DNA of 64,000 nt, from assembly GCF_009914755.1 (NCBI RefSeq), contig NC_060930.1; one strand, given 5' to 3'. The notes beneath the pieces are model-generated. The model searched no databases, was not told the origin of the DNA, and saw only the letters and a list, made by a program, of their open reading frames with translations. The position numbers were made by a program, and so were the translations under genes. The stretch is from the human T2T-CHM13v2.0 reference genome, Homo sapiens. Of this stretch, positions 14,306 to 27,268 are shown piece by piece (the stretch's first letter is position 1; the number at the start of each line of letters is the position of its first letter).

Positions 14306-15801
14306 ATTTCATTATTCCTTTCTGCTTCTTAAACTTCCCACAGCAGCAAACAATGTAGGTAAACATTGTTGCAGTCTACACAGATGCAGTTTTAAGGAAA
14401 ATCCCTGAGGATGCAGAGGTAGGTAATAAGACCCTCTCGTGTACTTCCTTATTATCCTTTATTTCTCCTTACATAGCCCTACATTGTATTATAATTGTTG
14501 TCTCACATGTATATTAGATAGAGACCTTGGTTATCATATTCATCACAAGTGCCCAGCACAGAGTCTGCTGTATAGTAAGTGTTCAAAAAATATTTCTTAC
14601 ATAAATAACCCCAACTAAATAAAATGCTATGTGGCATTTTTGCTCTCTGTGGTTTACATTCAAAAGATTGATAGATCCCTCAAATGAATAACCTTAATAA
14701 AACAATACTGTCTTTATCACCACTGAATTTATCTAAATCCCTCTAGAATTATTTATGGTTTTTGCTTCTATCCTCCCCAGGGTTAATGGGTACTATTCCT
14801 TAATAACTCCATCTATTTGCTCTAAAATTACCTCTTTCTTGACTCAAGAAGATACTCAATTTCTGCATTCTGATTTTTCAATAATTAATTCTATATTTAT
14901 ACTTCTGTACCCATCACAAGGTTGAACATTACAATCCAAACACTTCCTGATTAAAATGTTTCAGCCTTATTCTTCTGTTTTCATGTAGAAAATGCCCAAT
15001 CCCTTTGGTAAGTTGCCTGGATCTTCTCCAACTGCATATCTTCTTTAGGGTACAATGATCAGCACTTCACAGTTTTGTTTAAGGAAAGATAAAATTCGTA
15101 ATGCTAAGTTGAGATACAAAAATAAAGATGGTGCCATTTCTCCTAGATCTTTATAATAACCTTAGTTGTAAGGTAAATTAGTGGCTGGGCTGGCATGAAG
15201 TCTGAAATATTGGTTTGGATGCATTGAATGCTAATGGAAAAACCTGCTCCAGGTAGAGTTTTGTGATAGAGTTTATCTTCTGTGAACTTTATTACTCTTT
15301 TGTTAACTTCCATTTGTCCATAATATAGTCCCTCCCTGAAGGTTCCAAGGTGCATCAGACCTTTTTTAAAGTACCTTATGACTACTAACCAAATGATAAA
15401 AAACTAAGTTGGAAAATGGGATTGGAACCAGTTACAGGGGAACATAGATCCTAGCTATGCCATTTGACCCAGTGCTGATAATAAAAAAAGACATAATACC
15501 AAACTCTGTAATCCTGAATGTTGAAATCCCAAAAGATTAAATTCCTTAAATCTGAAATCTATAACATCTAAAATCCAGAAAATCACCATCTCGGAAGATT
15601 AAAATCACAAATATTGAAATCCTGAAAGCCAAATTCTATGGAAGGCATTAGTGCATTTTCAGTTGCACACAGGATAGTTGCATCATGTTAGTTGCATAAT
15701 GTTAGGTGGGACAATAATATTACCTTGTTATTGTCTTTATTTGGAAATTAAGTATGATTTAAGGAGACATGTATGGGTGCCAAGTTGACAAGGAGTGAAC
15801 T

Positions 15802-16414
15802 TGTGGACTTAATTGTCTGGGTCAACTTGACTAGATTAAGGAATACCAAGAAACCTGGTGAAGTATTATTTTGGGTGTGTCTGTGAGAGTGTTTCCAGAG
15901 GAGATCAGTGTGTGAGTCTGAGCAGACTAGGTAGGGAAGATCCGCTCTAATTTGTTTCATGCATGTTTTGCAAATTTGATTCCACGAAAGTGAATTATTA
16001 CAATGTTTACTTTTTGTGTAAGCACCATCCAACTGGCTGAGGGCCTAGAGAGAACAAATACAGAAGACAAACTGATCTGTGAGAGCTGGGGCAAATTTTT
16101 CTTTAGCTTCCTAGGATGTCAGAACTTTGGGCTCACCGGCCTTTGAACTCCAGGACTTACACCAGTCCTCCCAACCAGGTCCTGAAACTTTCAATGCTGA
16201 ACTGAGAATTACACCATTGGCTTTCTTGTTTCTGAAGATTTCGAATTTTGATTGAACCATACTGCTGGCATCCCTGGGTCTTCATCTTGCAGACAGCCTG
16301 TAGTGAGACTTCTCAGCCTCCATAATCACATTAGCCAATTACTATAATGAAGTCCTTCTCATGTATCTATATATCATCTTGGTTCTGTCTCTCTGGAGAA
16401 GCCTGATGAATACT
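15802..16414 (+). mobile_element. MLT2B-type ERVL LTR inside Ricksha
   Basis: Preceded by the ERVL PPT (gccaagttgacaaggagtgaact). gtcaacttgactagattaagg...gggtgtgtctgtgagagtgtttccagaggagat...ggttctgtctctctggagaagcctga. Confidence 0.85.
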
Positions 16415-16476
16415 GATTTGGTATTTAGGAAATCAAATATTATTCCTTCTTACTGTATTTTATTTCTTACAACATA

Positions 16477-16770
16477 ATAGAAGAGATTTGTGAAATTGTT
16501 TCCTCACAAGGAAGCTGTAATACAATAAATGCATGAGGCTACTCAATGGTGAAACACAAAATTTAAAAGCTAATTGTTATTGGTGCTGCAAAAGCAGAAA
16601 ATCACTTAGTTACAATAGCTGAGCAATAACCAGCCCAAAAATGGACAGCATATACTTACAAAATTTGTAGACCACAACCACACTCCAAATACCAGTGCAG
16701 CAAGTGTTTTGAAGATGCCAGAAGTGAAAATTCAGGTGAAAAAGACAAGAAATCCCTGCCAAACAATTTA
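16477..16770 (+). pseudogene. Degenerate MULE transposase N-terminus (FLYWCH-type zinc finger)
   Basis: Manual translation across frameshifts gives EEICEIVSSQ...GYSMVK.../ANCYWCCKSRKSL.../NGQHILTKFVDHNHTP, with the YW-C and HNH motifs; in-frame stops present. Confidence 0.7.
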
Positions 16771-17697
16771 ATCTGTATGACTTCCGTTCCTTTACACAAA
16801 ATTGTTGTTATATATTTCATTTTAGCATCATTTTCAATACTGGAATTTAAAATTGTATAAATAATTTTAAAGAGCTCTAATTTGTTTCATGCATGTTTTG
16901 CAAATTTGATTCCACGAAAGTGAATTATCACAATGTTTACTTTTTGTGTAAGAATTTTGCATATATGTAAAAACACTGAAAACTTCTTCAGTAAATGAAG
17001 GAAGGTTCTTCTTTTATATCTGCAGCTTTTGTGAAAGATAAGATTTCTCTTTGGGCAACTGCACATGCCGTGGTGACCCATGGCAGTTTTTGATGGATCT
17101 CATCAAAACTCAGGTTGCTTGTCGTAATATTTCACATGAAAATGGTTACAAACTGGATGCATGCAATTACTAACCATAGTCATATATGTTTATACATTTT
17201 GGTTTCAGACTTATGTCATATGAATACAGCTCATTTTCTCATAACTGTTATATCAGTGTGACTATCATTAGTTTCCCTGAGTGTTTATGCTTGTGAAAAT
17301 GTTTTATTATTGCCTACTTTATTGTGTAAAGTGGCCCATAAAGTGTTCTGTCATGTTTTTATATGTTTCTTAAGTAAATATTCTTTTAAAAATGAGATAC
17401 ATTATATTTTAAGGAATTAAAAAATTTGTTTTTAGAATTATGTTTTCCAGATTTTGATCTCTCAGGATTTCAACAATCAGGATTATGCCTTATGGATTAT
17501 GGCTAAAATCTGTTTTGGTTTAATCCCATAGGCTGTGAGGAGCCATTGAGAGTTTTGGTGCAGAGGAATCACATGATGAAAACTGAGCATAGAAAGGATG
17601 AAAAATGCATTTAGAGATTGTCACTATAATTTCAGGAAGAAGTAAAGAGGCTGAAGAATAATGATGATGTTGACAATGTTTTAAAAAGTATAAATAT

Positions 17698-17926
17698 GGC
17701 CAGGCACGGTGGCTCATGCCTGTAATGCCAGCAGTGAGACCCCACCTCTACAAAAAATAAAAAGTGCAGTGGTTCATGTCTGTAGTACCAGCCACTCAGG
17801 AGGCTGAGGTGGTAGGATTGCTTAAGCCTAGGAGGTTGAGGCTACAGTGAGTCATGATCATGCAACTGTACTCCAGCCTAGACAAAAGAGCAAGACTCTG
17901 TCAAAAAAAAAAAAAAAAAAAAAAAA
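17698..17926 (+). mobile_element. AluJ-like element with internal deletion of most of the left arm
   Basis: tgtaatgccagca is joined directly to gtgagacccc. The right arm has J-type gaggttgaggctacagtgag and an A tail. Confidence 0.92.
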
Positions 17927-18055
17927 GGGTACAAAAATGTTATAGTATGAACGTATTGGGAGAAAGGACATTCATATTGGCTTACAGATTTTGAACCTGG
18001 ATAAAAATGTATCCTTAGATAGAAGTAATAAGTTCTAGTGTTTGATAGCACATTA

Positions 18056-18735
<680 letters not shown>

Positions 18736-18769
18736 AAGCTTAAATTATTGAATTAAGAAATCACAACAG

Positions 18770-19380
18770 GGAAATAATGACAGAGAAAACTAGAGGAATA
18801 ATTAGCATATTATTTAAATCTATGCAAATAAGATTTAAAGCAGATGAAAATGATTGTTTCTAAGGAAAAAAATGCCAAAAATGTTCCCTGAAGATACAGC
18901 AAATTCTAAATTGTTAAATTTGTTACTAATTTTTAAATTATTTTTCATTTTTAAAAATCTCATTAGCAATAGTAACAACAACCACCAAACAAGGGAAAAT
19001 ACCTAGAAAGAAACATGCAGAATCTACATGAAGAAAACTTTAAGGACTACTGGGAGACCCAAACAAGTATTTAAAAAAATAGAAAAATATACTCTATTTC
19101 TCTATGTCAATTTTTAACATTTCATAAATATCAGTTATCCCTAATCTGTACATTTAATATGATAGCAATAAGATTACAATAAATTTTTAGAAGTAAACAA
19201 GCTGATTCTAAATTTTATCCAGAAAAATATTAATAGCATTAAAAAATCCCTAAATTTAAGAAAATATTAAGGAGGGGTTAGTCTTCTGATATTGAAAAAA
19301 AATGTATGATGCTACAGCAAAAAAAAAAATGTGGTTCTGATACACAAATAGATACGCAAATAAATGGAACAAGATAGGAG
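18770..19380 (+). mobile_element. Ancient L1 (L1ME-like) ORF2 fragment
   Basis: aaatacctag...aatctacatgaagaaaact...gctgattctaaattt...gtggt...aatggaacaagatagg (KYL/ENY/WNRIE region). Confidence 0.75.
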
Positions 19381-19383
19381 ATA

Positions 19384-19810
19384 TGCTGGAGAGTTAGTCT
19401 TTGCTCTGAAATCCAGTTTCCACGCTTGCTTTTCTCTTATGTGAATGGCATGGAGCTAGGTTTATCATTTCTCTCCATCTTCTGATTGGGTCTAGTCAAT
19501 AAGAGGCACTGGCAGAAATTGGCAGGAAGGAAGGGGAGAAAATCCAGATATTTCTCTGGCTCTCTCTCCATGACTCCTATTCTTGTCAGACAGCTACTAT
19601 CTCCATCATCTTAGCTCCCACTGGGTGTCCCTTAAAATAGCTGTCTCCCAACAGAAATCCTGACTGTGGGGCTCCCACTACTAGCTTCCCCTTTGTCACC
19701 ATAGCAATAAAAGTTGCAGCAGCTTCCTGCTCTTGCTAATCTTCAGGTTGTCTTGCTGTTCCCTTTCTGGTACCCTCATTTCCCTTACCTGTGTAACCAA
19801 TTCTGTGCAT
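19384..19810 (+). mobile_element. ERVL-type LTR, 5' part (LTR33/41/50 group, subfamily unresolved)
   Basis: gtcaataagaggcactggcag...gcttcctgctcttgcta...cctgtgtaaccaattc. Confidence 0.6.
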
Positions 19811-20043
19811 TCTCACAGGAATGTATGAGAGTACCTTAATCCTACAAAGCATTGTAAATTTTTTATAAGATAGGTTTATTATGACAGTGTGAATTTGCTT
19901 TTCTCTTATGAGCAAGATTTAACATATGTTTATATATTTAAGATACTTCATATCTAATTGTATTTTTCACTTCTGTGTACTGTCTAGTCATACCTTTGCT
20001 CATTTTTTCTTATATTGTTCATTGTTTTTGAAGATTTGCAGTA

Positions 20044-20083
<40 letters not shown>

Positions 20084-20700
20084 TGGAGACGGAGTCTTGC
20101 TCTGTCACCCAGTCTGGAGTGCTGTGGTGTGATCTAGGCTTACTGCAACCTCTGCCTCCCAGGTTCAAGTGATTATCTTGCCTCAGCCTCCCGAGTAGCT
20201 GGGATTACAGGCATTCACCACCACGCCTGGCTAATTTTTGGATTTTTAGTAGAGACTGGGTTTCACCATATTGGCCAGGCTGGTCTCGAACTCCTGATCT
20301 CAGCGGATCCACCCTCCTCCACCTCCCAAATTGCTGGGATTACAGGCGAGCCCCCTGCCTGTAGTATAATATTTTTATATTAAGAAAAATTAGACTATTA
20401 TCTGAAATTAAATAATGTATATTGTATAGTTTGTTTACTCTGCTTTTGTTTCCGATAGATTTTTATTTTTATGTAGTCTCATTTATTTATCTACCTTGTC
20501 TTTCACATCTGAGTTTTCTGTCGTACTTAAGAAAGTTTCTTTCCTTTGTGATTTCTTGTAACAATTTTACAAAATGTTTTTAAATGTAAATCATTTGACC
20601 CATCTGGATTTTATTCTGGGCATAAGGAGTTAGATGGGCTATCACATTAGTTTTTCACTAATGTTCTCCAATTTTCTCAACACAATTTGTTGAATGGCAC
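19811..20700 (-). mobile_element. Ancient L1 (L1ME-like) ORF2 C-terminal fragment, inverted, interrupted by an Alu
   Basis: The reverse complement reads attcaacaaattgtgttgagaaaattgg...actccttatgcccagaataaaatccagatgg (FNKWCWENW...TPY.KI.S.W region). Confidence 0.7.
20042..20360 (-). mobile_element. Alu (AluS-like) with a (TA)n-extended tail
   Basis: Both arms; poly-T preceded by (TA)n at 20042-20066. Confidence 0.96.
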
Positions 20701-20719
20701 CTGTTTCCCTCCTTAAATA

Positions 20720-20880
20720 CATTGCCACCAGGAACACCTGGGGTCTAAGCAAGAAAACTGAAATCACTTGTATGTATTACAAGCAGAGACTTTTGATACA
20801 GGGAATTGGTTACATAGGTGAAATGAGGCTACAAGAAAGGGGACAGTGAGACAACCTGAAGATTAGCAAGAGCAGGAAGC
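20720..20880 (-). mobile_element. 3' part of the same ERVL-type LTR, inverted
   Basis: The reverse complement overlaps 19722-19810 and continues into an LTR-like 3' end. Confidence 0.65.
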
Positions 20881-21350
20881 AATTAGACAATAACTACCAG
20901 ATACAGAAATATTCACTTGAATCATAGCAATTCTACTCCAAGAAATTTATCCTTTCACCACAATTGCACATTTTCAAATTGAAATATGCATTAGGATATT
21001 GTTTCATTGTTAATAAAAGACTGAAAATAATCTGAATGTCCAATAGGGTATTGGTCAGGTCAGGTAATAATGTTAGGACATACAATGAAATATTGTGTAG
21101 TCATTAAAAAGAGCAGCAGATCTCCAAGATGTATTATATATAGTAAGAAGCAAAATATAGTAGATGTTAAGAATGTATATAGAGATAGACATACATTCAG
21201 TGTATAAAATAACCTTGAAAAGATAGTAAAGAACTATTAGTGGGGAAAAGAGTGATTAATGCACAGGTGGAGAGATATTTAACACAAACCTTTTGAATCT
21301 TTTTATTCTTTCTACTATGTGCCTGTGTAACTTTAGGAATGTAAAAATAT
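20881..21350 (+). mobile_element. Ancient L1 (L1ME4-like) 3' end
   Basis: atagcaattctactccaagaaatttatcct...tgaatgtccaatagg...atacaatgaaatattgtgtagtcattaaaaag...gatctccaagat. Confidence 0.7.
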
Positions 21351-21703
21351 GAGCATTTCAACTTACAAAATTTATGTTTAACTTAACACTCAGTCAAGAA
21401 AACATTTTTACAGTTTACAAAGGAAGGTACTTCTTTTGAGTACTAATATTATTTTTGAAATGTTCATTTTTAGACAAAAGCAAGAAAATAAGTATTTTCT
21501 TTCAAGTATTCATCTGAACACAAATAAAATCTCTTTGTTCTGCATTACTTTATCTCAGTAAACTACAAAAAAATTGTAAGAGGTCCATTCAGGTATGTCT
21601 GGCTGAGGCACATGAAGCTGTTTCTAAAATAAATCAACTATAACTCCCCAGACAGTAAACAAAGCAGCCCCAGGTCAGCTACTCTCACAGTTGCCTAGTT
21701 AGT

Positions 21704-21736
<33 letters not shown>

Positions 21737-21968
21737 CTGCACTCCCAAAGGAAAGAAAGTTGAAATCATATTGATACACTTAAACTAGTTTTAAGGCAAG
21801 TGATTCAAATTACAGGTTAAGTAAAAATCAGAAAAAATAAATTTCACAAAAAGATTCTAATATGTTTCTAAACATTGACACATAACCTTCAATATCTTAA
21901 ACTTGTGAGATACAAACAATTCTTACACACATTAATTAAGGCCAAAGAAAAGACTTATTGACATTAGA

Positions 21969-22128
21969 TCAGGGCTTCAAAAATTAATATCCTTTGGCAT
22001 CAATATGAGGAGACTCTTGTAAAATGCTGATTCAGTAGGTCTGGGTTTAGGTTTGAGCATCTGCATGTCTTATATTCTCATAGGTGATGCCAATATGATA
22101 ATCTGCAGACACACTTTAAGTAGCAAGG
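21969..22128. mobile_element. MER5A hAT-Charlie element
   Basis: ctgattcagtaggtctggg...atctgcat...aggtgatgc...cacactttaagtagca. Confidence 0.75.
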
Positions 22129-23826
22129 GTTTAAAGTGTATTATTAATTCTAACCCTTGCTCATAATGGTTATCTTATGAAAGTATCTTGACACAGATAC
22201 CCTGTGTCTTAATTATGAATAGGTTGTATTAAACAAACAAATAAAATGCATACCATCATCCCTTTGTCAAGAAAGTACATCTGGTCAAGCTAAAAAAGCA
22301 GCATCTTTGCTTTACATAGTGAACTTTTTTGTTAGTTTTAATTGACATGGCAGTGAGAGACTGAATATCCTCAGAGGGCTTCTGTTAGTTAAGAACAGCA
22401 GACTATCTAGTTACATTTCCAACCCTTCTTAGCCACCTGGTTGGGCCACCAGCCAAGGACTGAAAGTTATAGGAGAGATGATAAGCAGTGAGAAAAGACT
22501 TCAGGTGGTGCAGGATTTGATAAAATGAATATACTTCTCACTGACTATTGAAAGATTCTTTCTATATAGCAAATATATTTAATTCTACCCTCTCAGTGGA
22601 CTTTATTTTCCTCAGCCTGTCTTCTAAATTACCACTAGTGTAGGTTGACTATAGCAATGTTTCAAGTAGATTGCATAATGTTTTCATGTTACTAACTTGC
22701 TCCCTTGTTCCTATTTTAATCTATTTTTTTATTCTCTTGATGAATACACTTGATTTTAGAAGTGTGTTGGCCTCAAGCTATGTTATACATCTCTTGAAAA
22801 ATGCTTGCTCAAGACTATTGATTTCTGAAATTGTTTGGTTATAGCCAGCAGCACACTCTTCCAATGACATTTGATTCCAGTGTCTTACAATGTCACATTA
22901 TCAAAAACTTGTACTTATATTTGCAGAATTTGTACCCAAATGGCACTGATTCAGCAACTGGGCTGTTGGACTTCTAAATGAAGGAAGCCACTTCTCTTAC
23001 TGCCAAGGAAATGACAGCTTCCATATCCAACTTGACTATTCTATTATATTGTTGCTTTCCTACTGTTTGCTGTGTAAATTATGCAGCTAGATATAGCTCA
23101 AATCACTACAAATTCCAACAGGGAGCCAATTCCTTTATTGCTGTGGTTGGATTTTAAGTTCCTTTGTAGTGAGATGTTGCAGTAACAGAACCATCACCTG
23201 GCTCCAGATATTCTTGGTTATTCAGATGTTTTTGTTACAATGGGATTTAATTTAATAGGATTTAACCTGGAGGGACCACAAGAGTGGTGGCCCCAGCATC
23301 CATGTAAGCACTGGGGAATAACATCGATTGCATAGTACTTGATGTCTAATCCTCTTGGTTCCACTAAGTAAATTTGTTGAGAAGTTAACCTTTAATATTC
23401 AAAAGGAAGACTGTTTACTTCCTAGAGCCATTTTACTAGATTTACAGGAATGTACCAATTTCTTCTGCTTTCAGAGCGTGGAAAATTTGACAAAAATTAA
23501 CTCAAGTTTTACTTCACCCCTTTACTCGCTAGACTAATAATTTTACAAATAAAGCCCTTAGGATTCTGAAAGTCACTGGATAAGGTATTTATAACTTCCA
23601 AAGTGAAGAGAATTCTAAATACGAAAGAGCACAATGAAAAAAACACTTTTATCTTGCTTAATTTTTTAAAATGTTTTTTCATTTTAAGCAATTTTTTTCA
23701 TTTCTTATTTCATAATAGTCCTTTTCACTACCAAGCCCAGCATGTTTTGCCTAAAATAAAAAATTATACTAAAGTGCAATAGCCTTTAAGACTTGGTAAA
23801 TAATATGTGCGAATTGATCAAATTAA

Positions 23827-24170
<344 letters not shown>

Positions 24171-24259
24171 TGCCTCTTTTTTTTTTTTTTTTAATGCTAG
24201 AAAGCATGTTTAGAACACCAAATAGTAGCATTAAGGGCAATAATATTTATAATTACAGC

Positions 24260-24450
24260 GACTGTTAGGGTGCTTACATGCTGGACATTTTATATGCTTT
24301 AATATTTACAACATCTCTATGAGTTCAGTACTAATATTGCCATTTTACAAATGAGAAAACTAAGACAAAAACAGGTCGGGTTACTTGTCAAAAGTCATTG
24401 ACACAGTCAGGCTTTGAACTCAGTCTGTGTGTGCCGGACACCCAGGCATA
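24260..24450 (-). mobile_element. MIR SINE
   Basis: ccattttacaaatgagaaaactaagac...acttgtcaaaagtca...ctttgaactcagtctg. Confidence 0.7.
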
Positions 24451-25397
24451 AGGTTTGTTTGCTGGAGGGCATACATTTCATTTTGGCATTTCTCTAACCT
24501 ACAGTTCTTTGCCAGCCTCTTTCATTATGACATCTGTGGAATCCTGAAGAAGGATGCCTTGTTCTACACCGATTAGGTTTTGTCCACACCCTGAGAGAGG
24601 GGAAGGTGGGCTTCTCCAAACAGTGTAGCAGATCCCTCCTGGGCACCGGGGAAAAGATGAGGAGGCCAAATCCCTTCTCTCTTTGTCAAAATGTTGGCTT
24701 GTCCCCCATTGGGTAGAACAAGCACTTCCTCTCAAGTTTAAAAATTGGGAATGTTAGTTTCAAGAGGTTGTCTGAGTGATTGCCAGAGCTCAGACAACGC
24801 TGGACTTACTTTATTTTTGTTTTCCTCATCTCACACAGTATAATCCATCCCCTAGTCTTCTCCTCTGATTGTTTCCATACCATCTGTTGACTTACCGTTC
24901 TGGCTCTCTTTTGCTTCTCTCATATATAGTTTATTGATAACAAGCAAACCTTACAGAATTGATAAAGAACTAAGTAATATACATTATAATTAAATTTGCT
25001 CTGCAAATAAACAAATTTAAAAAGAAAATGACAGTCAAAATGCACAGACAGTAGAAATATATCTGAAAACGACGGCTGCACATTTTTAAAACCAGCAGAA
25101 AGAGAGCATTGATACACGACAGGGAAACCAATACCTCCATTCAACAATAAAGTATCTACCTACAAGAAGTTGTTTTGTGAGCATTGTGGGATATGAGAGG
25201 ATGAAAAGAATATGAAACCCTCTTTCAAAGTTCTTAAAGCCTGGTGGCAAAAAAAGATGAATGTATAAATAAAAGTAATACAAGACAGAAAGCAGTAAAC
25301 ATTACTGTCGAATCTTTCCTGATCCCTGCCACCATTCCCACCCCTAGCTTTGCCACTCATCTGTTTTTGATAATATTCAGCATGCACAGCTCCATTA

Positions 25398-25531
25398 TAA
25401 GGTAATCAACCGTATGTCTGGATTTGTTGGGAAAGTCCTGAGTCATGCCTATGGTTTAAGCATAATTACTAATTGTCCCTCTCACTCTCAAAAATGGCCC
25501 AGATTAGACAATTAATCATATGGTCACCTTA
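25398..25531 (-). mobile_element. MER94-like hAT-Blackjack MITE
   Basis: Termini taaggtaatc... and ...atatggtcacctta; internal ctcactctcaaaa and ataattactaat. Confidence 0.72.
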
Positions 25532-26714
25532 ATTATTGTGACATTTTGTTGCTTTGTTTTTTCTTTTGCTTATGTATCTATTTCTCCACTAGAATGTAAT
25601 TTCCTTGAGAGACAAGACCATATTTTTAATTTAAAAATATCCCTTGTATTTAGCATGTGCCTAATATATAGTAGGAAATCAGTAAAAGCAGTGAAAAAAA
25701 TACTATTTCTACATTTGAGGAAAAGGCAAATTTACATTTATTTAAAAGAAAGGAGGAAATTTAAATGGAGAAATTGGCATTTAAAATGGACCTTGAAGGA
25801 AGGATGAGATATACTCCAGAAGAGATGAAAAGCATTAAACTCTAGGTAAGAGAAACTTCAGTGATATCAAGGCAAAAGGCAGAGATGTAGACAGAGAGGA
25901 CAAGTATTAAATTACCACTAAAAAACATAGAAATGCAGTGCCGTTCCCAGTCTCAAGCAGAGGAAATGAAGTCTATCCTGTATTGCGATAAACTCAATAT
26001 TCTCCTATGGCCTTCAGGATCCAATAAATTTCCTTAGTACTTATTACTTTCCAAGATAAAGATACATATTTGTAATTTGTACCCCAGAGGGTTTTAAAAT
26101 TTTTACTTGTAATTGTTGCTGGAGTAATACAAATGAATAACGGTATGGAATATTAGCAAAGAGTAAATGTTCTATACTGACATGGTTTCAAGACATAGGT
26201 TTGACACTGTGTGTGACCTTACTAAACCTCTCTAATCCCCAGTTTTATCATCTTTAGTACAAGAAAAACCACTGCATTCTGTTTGTGTGAGTACTGATAG
26301 AAAGCAGAGGCTGCTACAAAGCAAGCAATCAACCACTGTCGTGATTAGCTATTACATCAACTTCAAAATGAACAAGCAAAACTTGTCTTCTATGTGTATA
26401 CATGATTAAAGAACTAATCCCAGATCATTTCTGCAGTAGAAAGAGTAGGTAAATCTGTTTGCTGTATTTCAGTATATGCCTGCATTCTAAATAGATTTTT
26501 TTTCTAGATTTGCTTCATCAATAGTAGACATTTTAAATTTTAAATTACAAAACTATATTTGAATTCTTGAAGTCATACATTTGCAGCAGTGGGAAAGAGC
26601 ATTCTTTCAGAGATGTGGAACACACGTTTTATAACATCTATTTCTGAAGCTCAGAATTTCTGTAACTTCCAAAAGAGTTTTTCAGAGAAAAAGAGATGTT
26701 GATACATTTCAAAA

Positions 26715-26828
26715 ATAGGAGGAGGAGGAGGAGAAAGAAGGGGGGAAGAAATGGAGGGAGAGAAATGAGAAGAGAAGAAAGTGGAGGAAAGAAGGAGGGG
26801 ATAGAAGCGGCAGGTGGAGGGGAAAAAC
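26715..26828. repeat. GA-rich polypurine low-complexity tract
   Basis: About 110 nt, almost all purines (GGA/GAA units). Confidence 0.85.
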
Positions 26829-26970
26829 AGTTGCCAAAAAAGTAAATATGCTTAGAGGAAAATATTAATATTTAAATGTTTCTTCTTAAAAAGTTTTATT
26901 TTTTACACTATGTAATTTATCATACAAATATATATATAGTATATAAGATATATACTATATATATATCTAC

Positions 26971-27268
26971 TTTTTTTTTTTTTTTTGAGACAGAGTCTCG
27001 CTGTGTTACCCAGGCTGGAATACAGTGGTGAGATCTCGGCTCAATGCAATTTCTGACTCCTGGGTTCAAGCAATTCTCCTGCCTCCGCCTCCTGAGTAGC
27101 TGTGATTACAGGCACCCACCACCATGCCCAGCTAATATTTGTATTTTTAGGAGAGAAGGGGTTTCACCATGCTGCCCAGGCTGGTCTCACACTTTTGATC
27201 TCATGTGATCCGCCCACCTCGGCCTCCCAGAATTCAGGGATTACAGGCGTGAGCCACCACACCCAGAC
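26971..27268 (-). mobile_element. Alu, full length (AluS-like)
   Basis: Both arms and a poly-T tail. Confidence 0.96.

Larger units (their letters stand above)
15470..17510 (+). mobile_element. Ricksha (MULE/MuDR) non-autonomous DNA transposon carrying a captured ERVL 3' end and MLT2 LTR
   Basis: Terminal inverted repeats: left taatcctgaatgttgaaatcccaaaagattaaatt, right agattttgatctctcaggatttcaacaatcaggatta. Subterminal aaatcc/aaatct repeats, internal ERVL PPT plus MLT2 LTR, and a degenerate FLYWCH domain. Confidence 0.88.

Noticed and set aside
22122-22161. Small hairpins (10-bp arms here; 9-bp arms at 50723-50746) as miRNA or terminator
   Set aside because: Stems are too short for a pre-miRNA, and a few such matches are expected in 64 kb.
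24481-25010. Splice-like motifs (plus-strand ctaacctacag acceptor; minus-strand GTAAGT donors near 24806 and 24890)
   Set aside because: They could not be paired into a convincing exon, and isolated motifs are expected by chance.
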